Under the pieces are notes generated by a model. It had not been told where the DNA came from. It saw only the letters and a list, made by a program, of their open reading frames with translations, and ran no database searches. Position numbers and translations under genes: made by a program. Below are positions 9,076-18,100 of a DNA stretch of 56,995 nt, piece after piece. This DNA is from an uncultured Methanosarcinales archaeon (lineage in GTDB: Archaea; Nanobdellota; Nanobdellia; Woesearchaeales; CG1-02-33-12), in the NCBI GenBank assembly GCA_964641515.1, contig CAZXME010000001.1, forward strand, positions 1 through 56,995. The letters run 5' to 3'. Within the stretch, counting starts at the first letter, position 1, and every line of letters starts with the position of its first letter.

Positions 9076-9294
9076 ATGGCAGAAGATATACCAAAGGCAA
9101 CAATCGCAGTTTTGCTTGTTCTTACAATTCTTGTTTCAGTAATAGGCACATGGACAGTGCTGGAATCTATTAGTATAAAAGAAAATACTACCCCTATTAA
9201 AAAAATAGTTAGAGCATCAGAGGGAAACGTTAAATTTACTATAGAAGAAAAACCAGAACTATTAGAAAATAATACTAAGTTTGAAATAAAATAA
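9076..9294 (+). CDS. Small N-terminally anchored/secreted protein
   Basis: 72 aa. A GAGGT Shine-Dalgarno-like run lies 7 nt upstream. The N-terminus is charged and is followed by the hydrophobic stretch ATIAVLLVLTILVSVIGTWTVL. Confidence 0.55.
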   Translation: MAEDIPKATIAVLLVLTILVSVIGTWTVLESISIKENTTPIKKIVRASEGNVKFTIEEKPELLENNTKFEIK

Positions 9295-9305
9295 AGAGGG
9301 CAAAA

Positions 9306-9962
9306 ATGGATGAAATATCAAACAAAACCTTAGCAATTTTACTTATAGGGGCAATAATTATTTCATTAGGTGGAACATTAATAAGCTTAAATAGGCTTGC
9401 TGGGATAAAAGTACCCCTAATAACAGGATTTTATGGTAGTGATGAAGAAGCGATTGTACAGCTTGATATAGAAGGAACTGTGCAGGTTAATTTTACAACA
9501 GATACTATTGACTGGGGAAGTGGATATGTTAATAGTACTGTGGATTATTGCGTGTTAAACAGTTATGATGCAGCCATAGGTGACAACTGCACAAGTTTTG
9601 ATCCACAAACAGCTGGTCTTATATTGGAAAATATTGGATCATTTAATGTAACACTTAACATAAGCATGAGTAAAGATGCAGCTGCTTTTATTGGAGGAAG
9701 TGGTCCTGTGTGTAAATGGAATGTAAGTAATTCTGAAACTAACTCCATCGCTACTAATGCCTGGATGGTAACACCAGGTGATTGGCAAACCTGCTCAACA
9801 ACACATATAGCAGTATGTAACAACACAGATAATGGTTTTCTTTATGGTAATTCAAATGATGAATTACACTTTGATGTACTTGTTAGTATACCCCACCCAT
9901 CAACAGGAGTGGATCCGGGAGCCAAAACAAATGTGATGACTGCAACAGCCACTATGGTTTAA
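9306..9962 (+). CDS. N-terminally anchored secreted protein, beta-rich, Cys- and N-x-S/T-containing
   Basis: 218 aa. AGAGGG lies upstream. The N-terminus MDEISNKTLAILLIGAIIISLGGTLISL has the same architecture as the preceding gene. Confidence 0.6.
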   Translation: MDEISNKTLAILLIGAIIISLGGTLISLNRLAGIKVPLITGFYGSDEEAIVQLDIEGTVQVNFTTDTIDWGSGYVNSTVDYCVLNSYDAAIGDNCTSFDPQTAGLILENIGSFNVTLNISMSKDAAAFIGGSGPVCKWNVSNSETNSIATNAWMVTPGDWQTCSTTHIAVCNNTDNGFLYGNSNDELHFDVLVSIPHPSTGVDPGAKTNVMTATATMV

Positions 9963-9998
9963 AAATATATTTTTTTCTTTTTTATATAATATTTTATA

Positions 9999-11192
9999 AT
10001 GATTAATATGGTTAAAACAATTAAAATAATAATATTAGTTATTTTTGTATTAGTTTTTACTCTTACTTTTGTTAATCCAATATATGCAGTAGGGATACAT
10101 GTCCCTAACAATAATGAAATAGATTTTGAGCCAGGGCTTGAAAAAACAATTAATTTTGCAATTACCCCATCAAAAATGGATGTCAAGCTTTCTGTTTCAG
10201 GATATTTAGCAGAATACGTAACTTTAAGCAAGACTTTTATCAGTTCTGATAGCAGTGACAAAACATTTAAGGTTATAATCAAACTGCCAGAAATGATTGA
10301 AAAGTCAGGGCACCATAAGGTTTGGATTACAGCAGAAGAAGTGATTAATGAATCAAAAATAGGTGGCACTGTTGGAACATCATGCAATGCTAGAGCTTAT
10401 ATACGGGTACATGTTCTTAATCCAGGAAAATATGTTGAAATGAGCCTTAGTGCTCCAGATGTTAATATCAATGAACCAGTTAATTTTGCTGTTAATGTAA
10501 AAAGTTTTGGAGAGGAAGATATAAACAGCATAAAGGCAGCAATAGAGGTTTATAACCCAAATAATAAAAAACTTACAACTGTTTATACAGAGGAAAAATC
10601 ATTAAAATCTAATACAAAGGAAATCCTGCATGCACAGCTTAATACCAGGGGGTACCAAGCAGGCACATATCAGGCTATTGCAACCTTGAATTATGATGGT
10701 GAAACAAAAGAAGATAAAAAAAGTTTTAGGATAGGAGAGCTTAATATTAAGATAATAAATTATACAAGAGAGTTTGAGAAAGATAAAATAAATAAGTTTG
10801 ATATTGAAATAGAGAGTGAGTGGGGCAACAGTATAAAGAATATTTATGGAGAAATAAAAATAAACAATAGTGTTATCAGAACACCTAACATAAACTTGGA
10901 CCATTGGGAGAAGAAGATAATAACAGCCTATTGGGATACTAACAATGTTGAAACAGGATTTTATTATGCGGAGATGACTATTTATTATGAAGATAAGACA
11001 ACAGTAGAAATAGGTAAGGTTAATGTTGTTGATAAAAAAGAAGTATTAGTTGAAAGACCAGGAATAATAATAACAAGTCTTAGCACAACAACAATATTAA
11101 TATTAATTATTATCTTGCTTGTTATTATAGATATTATCTGGATTACAAAAAAAAGAAGTAATGAAAGAGAACAAAAGAAAAGAAGGAAGTGA
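9999..11192 (+). CDS. Secreted multi-beta-sandwich protein (CARDB/NEW3-like pattern) with C-terminal TM anchor
   Basis: 397 aa. It has a signal peptide ending NPIYA-VG and repeated ~100-aa beta-type modules. The C-terminal TM segment is ILILIIILLVIIDIIWI, followed by a basic tail. Confidence 0.65.
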   Translation: MINMVKTIKIIILVIFVLVFTLTFVNPIYAVGIHVPNNNEIDFEPGLEKTINFAITPSKMDVKLSVSGYLAEYVTLSKTFISSDSSDKTFKVIIKLPEMIEKSGHHKVWITAEEVINESKIGGTVGTSCNARAYIRVHVLNPGKYVEMSLSAPDVNINEPVNFAVNVKSFGEEDINSIKAAIEVYNPNNKKLTTVYTEEKSLKSNTKEILHAQLNTRGYQAGTYQAIATLNYDGETKEDKKSFRIGELNIKIINYTREFEKDKINKFDIEIESEWGNSIKNIYGEIKINNSVIRTPNINLDHWEKKIITAYWDTNNVETGFYYAEMTIYYEDKTTVEIGKVNVVDKKEVLVERPGIIITSLSTTTILILIIILLVIIDIIWITKKRSNEREQKKRRK

Positions 11193-11614
11193 CTACAGTG
11201 AAAAAAAATCATATTTTTATCTTGTTGCTTGTTACTGCACTAATAAGTATAACAGCTACAATTCTTTTTTATTCATTTTATAAAATAGCAGATGTAAAAG
11301 AAATTAATATGACCCTCATAGTTGGAGATCATGCTGGTCTTGATGTAAATACTGAAAAATTAGCCTTTGGCATGGTTATGCCTGCAGGAAACTCATGCAC
11401 AAGATATATTGTTTTATCAAATAAAAAAGATTATCTATTAAATGTTCATATTAATTTTTACGGCAGCCTTGCCGAATGGATTTCTGTATCAGAAAATCAT
11501 TTTGTTCTCAAACCAGACGAAGAAAAAAAACTGTCATTCTCAGCCACTGTCCCAAGAAGTACAGCCTATGGCAATTATACTGGCACAGCAAAGTTTGTTT
11601 TCAAGAGAATATAG
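11189..11614 (+). CDS. N-terminally anchored single beta-sandwich protein
   Basis: 141 aa with a GTG start overlapping the preceding stop. The TM segment is IFILLLVTALISITATILFY. The C-terminal LAEWISVSENHFVLKPDEEKKLSFSATVPRSTAYGNYTGTAKFVF resembles the first module of the 397-aa protein. Confidence 0.6.
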   Translation: MTTVKKNHIFILLLVTALISITATILFYSFYKIADVKEINMTLIVGDHAGLDVNTEKLAFGMVMPAGNSCTRYIVLSNKKDYLLNVHINFYGSLAEWISVSENHFVLKPDEEKKLSFSATVPRSTAYGNYTGTAKFVFKRI

Positions 11615-11679
11615 TAAGGGTTTATTATTAATTTACGCTTTTGTTCATCATTAATGAAAATATTGATTTCTTTTAATTA

Positions 11680-11692
11680 GTTGATAATCAAC
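11680..11692. promoter_or_regulatory. Perfect palindrome GTTGAT-A-ATCAAC with a degenerate second copy at 11717-11730, next to an AT-box (TTTATATAT, 11702-11710)
   Basis: Read directly from the sequence. It sits in the 120-nt gap upstream of the NTase-like gene and the adhesin genes. Confidence 0.3.
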
Positions 11693-11734
11693 AACAAAAG
11701 GTTTATATATGAGTTATGTTGATAATAAACATAG

Positions 11735-12295
11735 ATGTTTTCAGAAATCAGGAAAGAAATAAAGCAATTAAAGGAAATCTGCAAGGAAAAAGAGGTCATT
11801 GATATAGTCCTATTGGAGCGTAGTGGAAAAGAAAAAACAAGCAGGATTGATTTGGCAATAATTTTTAAGGATAATTACACTAAAAATATTCTTCTTAGGG
11901 TAAAGGAAATTTGTAATAAAAAACAAATAAAAGTAAATATAAAACCTTTATTAGCTGATAACATATTTAAAAATTCTTTTTATCTAAAGGTGGTTCAAGA
12001 AGGATTCAGCATAAAGGAAAATAAGCTTATTAGTGAAACACTTAATATAGAAACCCTTATCCTGGTAACATATGACCTAAAAACACTTAATCATTCTAAA
12101 AAAACACTTTTTGGTTATGCATTAAAAGGAAGGAAAAATCAAAAAGGCTTCCTGGATTCATTAAATGGGAATACTGTTGGAAGAAATAATGTTTTGATTC
12201 CAATAAATAGATTAGGTGAATTAAAAGAATTTATGCAAACATGGCAGGTTAAATATTATACTCAAAGATTTATGAGAACAAATGAAAGGAAATAA
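11735..12295 (+). CDS. Cytoplasmic two-domain protein: degenerate minimal nucleotidyltransferase-like N-half and Cas2/PaaX-type ferredoxin-like C-half (tentative)
   Basis: 186 aa with no hydrophobic segment. IDIVLLERSGKEKTSRIDLAIIF resembles the GSxxRG...DxD strand-loop of MNT-type NTases. LILVTYDLKTLNHSKKTLFGYALKG...GFLDSL...VGRNNVLIP resembles the YD-x-P...R...L...GF...VW-x-P pattern of Cas2-like/PaaX-like domains. It overlaps the next gene by 14 nt. Confidence 0.4.
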   Translation: MFSEIRKEIKQLKEICKEKEVIDIVLLERSGKEKTSRIDLAIIFKDNYTKNILLRVKEICNKKQIKVNIKPLLADNIFKNSFYLKVVQEGFSIKENKLISETLNIETLILVTYDLKTLNHSKKTLFGYALKGRKNQKGFLDSLNGNTVGRNNVLIPINRLGELKEFMQTWQVKYYTQRFMRTNERK

Positions 12296-15191
12296 GAGGA
12301 GAGGAAAGGAAAGGGAATACGGCTGGAGAGAAATAAAGAGCAGAAAGCATATATCAAATAATATAGTTGCAATACTTATTATTTTATTCATGCTAATATC
12401 TATATGGTTTAATTGGACTATTTATAAAAATGCAGAAGCCCCTGTTAAATTGCCCAAAATAATTGGCAAGGCTTTGAGTACAGCAATAATCAATTTTTGC
12501 TTAGGAAGAGAACCGCCAATAGTGGCTATTATTTATCCAAATGGTGAAGAAATTATAAATGGAACAATAGATGTGAATGCAAGTGCAAGCAGAAGGAATA
12601 AAGATGAGATTATTAATACATCTTTTTATTATGCCGGTTTTTCAAAATTTATTGGAATTGACACAGATGATACTGATGTATATTACAATCATAGCTGGGA
12701 TACTCTTACTGAAAGTGATGCAAACTGTATTTGTAAAATATTTGCTAAGGCATATAGCAATGAGAGCATATGTGATGAAATATTTGGCAGTGATGGTTCT
12801 AATTCCTATTTCTCAATAAACAATATTGATGTTGAGCCAAGATGGGATAATTTCAAGAACAGCTTAACAACTAATTTCTCAGAATTTGCAGATCCATCAA
12901 CCTTGGGAGATTGGACAGCAATAGAAAATGCAATTATTGGCATTCCAGACAAAGGATTAATAAATTTCTCTAACCAGATAATAAATTTTGATGATGCAGA
13001 CCTTGATTCATACATTAATATATCATACAATTATTTAAGCCTTAATGCGTCTCTTAGTGCACTGCCATGCCTAAGCAGATCAGCAATTTTAACATTATAC
13101 CTAAATTTTATAAATCCAAAAATATTGGCAGATGGAGAGGATTGCTCAAGTCCAAATCGCAGTCTTTCAAATTGCACAATAATAAGCTATTCTAATGGGA
13201 ACCTAATATTTAATGTAACAAATTTTTTATATTCATATTCTGCTGCTGAAAATGCAACCTTAATGTTAGAGATATGGGACCAGACAGATAATCTTACAAA
13301 ATATATAAATGATGATATAACATTTTTTGCTAATTTTAGTGATAATATTTATAGCAATCCTATTAATGGGACATCCATATATTGCAACATCAGATTTAAT
13401 TTAACAGGCAATTATAATGAGCCAGTTTATATGAATTTTAATCATAGCTCTTTGTTATATGAATATACTAAATCATTTAGTTTACCAGGAACTTTTGGTT
13501 ATCTTGTTTTCTGCAATGATTCTTATCATAATTGTTATAATTTTAGAACCATAAACAAAACAGACAATTTCACAATAACTAATAGGGCTCCTGTGTTAAT
13601 TTCACTTATGCCTAATGAGACATGGAATGAAGATACAATAATTACTGGCCGTGACCTGGATGATTATTTTATGGACCCAGATGGAGAAGCATTGACATAT
13701 ACAAGTACAGTAGTTCCAAATATTAATGTTTCAATAGATAATATAACACATGTTATTACTTATATTCCTGATGCAAACTTCTATGGCAACAGGACAATAA
13801 AGTTTTATGCTTATGATCCACATGATGCAGTTGCAGAAAGCAATATAATTTATCTTTTTGTGATAGATGTTCCGGAAGCAGTCTCTATGCCTGATAGTAG
13901 CGGTGGAGGGGGCGGAGGATCAGGTATCATCTGCACGGAATTGTGGGAATGCACTGAATGGGGCAAATGCCTTCCATCTGGGATACAAATAAGAACATGC
14001 AAAGATCTTGCAGATTGCGGAACAGAGTTTAGGAAACCATTTGCAAGCAGGGCATGTAAATATATTGGAACATGTTCTGATTTAATAAAGAACTGCCATC
14101 ATGGCTTATGTGAAGAAGGTGTAGATTGCGGTGGGCCTTGTCCTGCATGCCCAACTTGCTTTGATGGAATACAAAACCAGGGTGAAACAGGAATTGACTG
14201 TGGTGGCCCTTGTAAGCCATGCCCAACATGCTTTGATGGCATACAAAACCAAGGTGAAGAATATATTGATTGTGGAGGACCTTGCCCTGCGTGCCCAAGC
14301 TGTTTTGATGGAATAAAAAATTGTCATGGTGGCTTATGTGAAGAAAAAACTGATTGTGGGGGTCCATGCCCTACCTGCAAGGAAATAGAAATACCTGCTG
14401 TTGTTAAAAGAGCTATATGGCCAACCATACTATTAATAATATTGCTTATTTTAGCAATAACATTTGTTATAATTAAATATCATAGATATTATCAGCCTTT
14501 TATTGCAAAAATATTAATGAAATTTATACCTTTTATTGTTTTGTTTAAGAAAAAGAAAAAAGAGGTACCAGAGGAATTAAAAGAAAAGGAATCAATATTA
14601 TTAAGGTTGGACAAACTTGAAAAGAGCATTGATAAAAAAGCTATAGATGAACTTTCAAAAGAATTTGTCAGAATAGTCAGGGATTTCCTAAGTAATTTGC
14701 TAAAGATAGAATATGAATTTACCTATGAAGAGTTTTGCAAAGAGATAGAAAAACATAAAATTTCAACCCCATTAAGAATAATGCTGATAACTTTCTTCAA
14801 AAAAATATCTGAAATAAGCTACAAGGGTTATAAGATAGAAAAGCCAGAATTAAGAGAGATGATTAAAGAAGCAAGGATTATAATCAAGCTTGGTTCAGAG
14901 GAATATTTAGAAGGCAAAACAGAAAAAGAAGGGCTAAATAAAACTAAACTAAAGAAAAAACAGAATATTAAGAAAAAATCTAAGTTAATGCTGGAAATAT
15001 ACAAGGATTTAATTAAAGCAAAAAAATCAATAAGAAAATCAGATATTGATTCTGCAAAGCTTGCTTACATAAGGATAAAAGAACTTTATGAAGAGCTGCC
15101 TGTTAAGGATAAAAAATATATATATAAAAAAATTGTCTGGTTATACAATAAGATAAAAGAAAGGGCATTGGATAAAGTTAAAGTAAATTAA
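12282..15191 (+). CDS. 969-aa type-I-like surface protein: N-glycan-sequon-rich ectodomain, Cys-rich modules, TM, ~210-aa cytoplasmic tail
   Basis: Signal anchor IVAILIILFMLISIWF. It carries dozens of N-x-S/T sequons and an Ig/cadherin-like module (NETWNEDTIITGRDLDDYFMDPDGEALTY...PDANFYGNRTIKF). After the linker SSGGGGGSG come C-x-DG-x-x-N-x-x-E-x-x-x-DCGGPC-x-x-C modules, then the TM segment WPTILLIILLILAITFVII and a Lys/Glu-rich tail. Confidence 0.85.
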   Translation: MKGNKRRGKEREYGWREIKSRKHISNNIVAILIILFMLISIWFNWTIYKNAEAPVKLPKIIGKALSTAIINFCLGREPPIVAIIYPNGEEIINGTIDVNASASRRNKDEIINTSFYYAGFSKFIGIDTDDTDVYYNHSWDTLTESDANCICKIFAKAYSNESICDEIFGSDGSNSYFSINNIDVEPRWDNFKNSLTTNFSEFADPSTLGDWTAIENAIIGIPDKGLINFSNQIINFDDADLDSYINISYNYLSLNASLSALPCLSRSAILTLYLNFINPKILADGEDCSSPNRSLSNCTIISYSNGNLIFNVTNFLYSYSAAENATLMLEIWDQTDNLTKYINDDITFFANFSDNIYSNPINGTSIYCNIRFNLTGNYNEPVYMNFNHSSLLYEYTKSFSLPGTFGYLVFCNDSYHNCYNFRTINKTDNFTITNRAPVLISLMPNETWNEDTIITGRDLDDYFMDPDGEALTYTSTVVPNINVSIDNITHVITYIPDANFYGNRTIKFYAYDPHDAVAESNIIYLFVIDVPEAVSMPDSSGGGGGGSGIICTELWECTEWGKCLPSGIQIRTCKDLADCGTEFRKPFASRACKYIGTCSDLIKNCHHGLCEEGVDCGGPCPACPTCFDGIQNQGETGIDCGGPCKPCPTCFDGIQNQGEEYIDCGGPCPACPSCFDGIKNCHGGLCEEKTDCGGPCPTCKEIEIPAVVKRAIWPTILLIILLILAITFVIIKYHRYYQPFIAKILMKFIPFIVLFKKKKKEVPEELKEKESILLRLDKLEKSIDKKAIDELSKEFVRIVRDFLSNLLKIEYEFTYEEFCKEIEKHKISTPLRIMLITFFKKISEISYKGYKIEKPELREMIKEARIIIKLGSEEYLEGKTEKEGLNKTKLKKKQNIKKKSKLMLEIYKDLIKAKKSIRKSDIDSAKLAYIRIKELYEELPVKDKKYIYKKIVWLYNKIKERALDKVKVN
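14148..14363 (+). repeat. Three tandem 72-bp (24-codon) units encoding CP-x-CFDGI-x-N-x-GE-x-x-IDCGGPC-x-P
   Basis: Unit starts (TGCCCAAC/G) are read at 14148, 14220 and 14292. The first two units are near-identical and the third diverges after ~25 nt. Confidence 0.8.
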
Positions 15192-15199
15192 ATAAAAAA

Positions 15200-18100
15200 A
15201 TGATAAAACCAAAAAAAAAAATAAATAAGAAACAGTTGAAGTCAATAGTTATCATGTTTTTAGTACTTAGTGTTATATACTCTATTAACCTAATAAATCA
15301 AGAAGGAGTTGAAATTTTTATGCAAGATTTCAGCAAAGACATAATGCCCATTTTTAATTTTATCAAAAATCCCAGAATAACAGGTTTTGCTACAGTTTAT
15401 GGGAGTAGCCCACCATCTTTTAATCCGAGCCCCCCTGATTATAATTTAACAGAAGACCAGCTTTTTGAGATTCAGTTAAATGCAAGCGACCTAGACAATG
15501 ATACTATTACATTTACAGATAATTCTGATGCACCTGAAGTTAATTGGATTGTGTTTGACATGAATGGCACTGGCTTTATTTCTTTTACACCAACAAATGA
15601 TGATGTTGGTAATCATACAATAGGCATTAGTATTGAAGATGGAACTAATGACCCTGTAACAGAAAATGTTATTTTCAGTGTTGAAAATGTTAATGATCCC
15701 CCACAAATATTGAATTACACCCCAACAAATCTGGCTCCAGAAACAACAGAAAATAATACCCTTGGCTTTTCATTTGAATATAATGCAACTGACCCTGATA
15801 TTCCTTATGGAGATTATCTGACAATAAGATGGATTATTGATGGAGTTGTTGATTCAACAATAGTTAATGAAAGTGGCGGCTCCTGGAGCTTTACAACAGG
15901 ATTTTGCGAGCCCAGTTATAGAAATATAACTCTTGAAGTAAGTGACACAGAAAATGAAACAGACAGTATAACATGGAATCTAAGTATAATTAATGTCAAC
16001 AGAGAGCCAATCTGGAATGGAACAATAAGCAATATCTCCTGGGAAGAAGACACTAACCTAATAAATAACATCAGCCTGGATGATTATTCTTATGATCCTG
16101 ACTATAGTGAGTGTGGTGACAATCCTGACTTTTCATCAACAGGCAACACAAATATAACAATAAACATAGGCTCAGTAACACCCCATTATGTAAGCTTTTA
16201 TCCGGACTCAAACTGGTTTGGTACAGAAGAAATATTTTTCATAATAGATGATGATTATGCAACAGCAAACAGCAATAATTTGACATTGAATGTAACTAAT
16301 GTTCAGGACCCGCCAGAAATAGAACCAATACCAGACCAGCAGGCATATTGTTATGCTGTTTTTAGCTATCAGGTGGCTGCATCTGATCCGGATAATGATA
16401 CTCTGACCTATTATGATAATACAACTTTGTTTGATCTTAATCCCTCAACAGGGCTTATTAACTTTACTCCAATAAGCGATAATATTGGCAACTATTCAAT
16501 AAATATAATAGTGGGTGATGGAACATATAATTCATCTACTTTAATGAACCTTTCAATTTTTAATAATACTGCTCCAGTTATTGATTCAATAGCTAACCAG
16601 ACAGGTGGGGAAAATGCCTTATTTGAATTAACAGTGACTGGTTCTGATACTGATGGTGATAGCCTTACATTCTCAAGCAATTACAGTAAGATGTCTACCT
16701 CTGCTCAAATTAATGAAACAGCTGCAAAATTCAGCTTTACTCCAAGAGATGTAGACACAGGTAATCACACAATTCTTGTTACAGTAACTGATGTAAAAGG
16801 AGCCATGGACTCAACAACCTTTGTGCTTGAGGTGTTAGATATCAATAATGCTCCTGTGCTTGATCCAATAGGGAACAGGACAGCAAAAATAAACAAAACC
16901 TTTAGTTTAGATGTCAATGCAACAGACATAGACTCTAAGGATATATTAATTTTTAGTGACAATACAACTTTGTTTGATATTAATTCCTCAACAGGGCTTA
17001 TTAACTTTACTCCAAACATAAGCCAAGAGGGAAATTACTCTGTTAATATTTCTGTATCAGATAATGCTGTTTTTTCAAAATCAGATTATGAGATTGTGAT
17101 ATTTACAATTACTCAAAACAGGGATCCAATAATTGATACAATAGGAAACCAGACTGCAATGGAAGATATTAATTTTAACCTAACAATAAATGCATCTGAT
17201 CCTGACGGAGATACCTTAACATTCAGTGATAACACAACTTTGTTTGATATTAATCTCTCAACAGGGCTTATTAAATTTACTCCAAACATAAGCCAAGTAG
17301 GGCTTTATAGCATAAAAATTAATGTTGATGACGGGGATAATGGAACATCGTCAGCAACATTCTGGTTAAATATTAATGCAGTAAATGATCCCCCTTATTT
17401 TGATCCTTCTCTTAAGAATCAAACAGCAACAGAAGGTACATTATTTTATTATGATATTAATGCAAGTGATGAGGAAAATGATATATTAACATTCAGTGAT
17501 AACAGCAGTTTATTTGATATTGATAATACAACAGGAATTATCTCCTTTATTCCCACAAATGATGATGTTGGAAACCACTCAATAAATATTTCAGTAAGTG
17601 ATAATAGCGGTGTAACAAGCTCTGTTATAATCCTTACAGTACTAAACCTCAATAGTCCACCTAATATAACATCTTATTCTCCAGTTAACTTAACACCAAA
17701 TACAGCAGAGAATTTATCATTGCAGTTTAGTGTTACAGCAACAGATGATGACTTTGTTTACGGAGATGTTTTAACATATACATGGTATATAAATTCTGTT
17801 AACCAGTCATCAAACCAATCATGGCTTTATGAGCCGAATTTTACAGCAGCCGGGCAGCACAATATAACAATAATAGTTTCTGATAACTCCAATGAAACAG
17901 ACAGTATAACCTGGAATGTAAGTGTTAACAACACAAACAGGCTGCCGAGCTTTGGAATAGTAACACAAACAACTGAAACTGATTTCAGCTCTGGGACAAA
18001 TAGTAATACAAATATAACATCCCAATCTGGAGATATAATCCTTAATAAGCAGAATTCAACTGATTATTATTCACAAGGCATATTTATATCATCAGCAATA

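Noticed and set aside
9076-11614. A type IV pilus or archaellum-like locus.
   Set aside because: No secretion ATPase, polytopic platform protein or prepilin peptidase gene is in the window. The N-termini lack a clear K/R-G/A cleavage motif followed by the canonical hydrophobic core.
14029-14367. Three overlapping 61-112-aa ORFs on both strands inside the Cys-rich repeat region.
   Set aside because: They are a by-product of the 72-bp tandem repeats, because the repeat unit is open in several frames. They are fully contained in the 969-aa ORF.
16421-17300. A diversity-generating retroelement (template/variable repeat pair) acting on the adhesin.
   Set aside because: No reverse transcriptase is in the window. 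Mismatches between the copies are not adenine-specific, and the repeats are in-phase protein modules.
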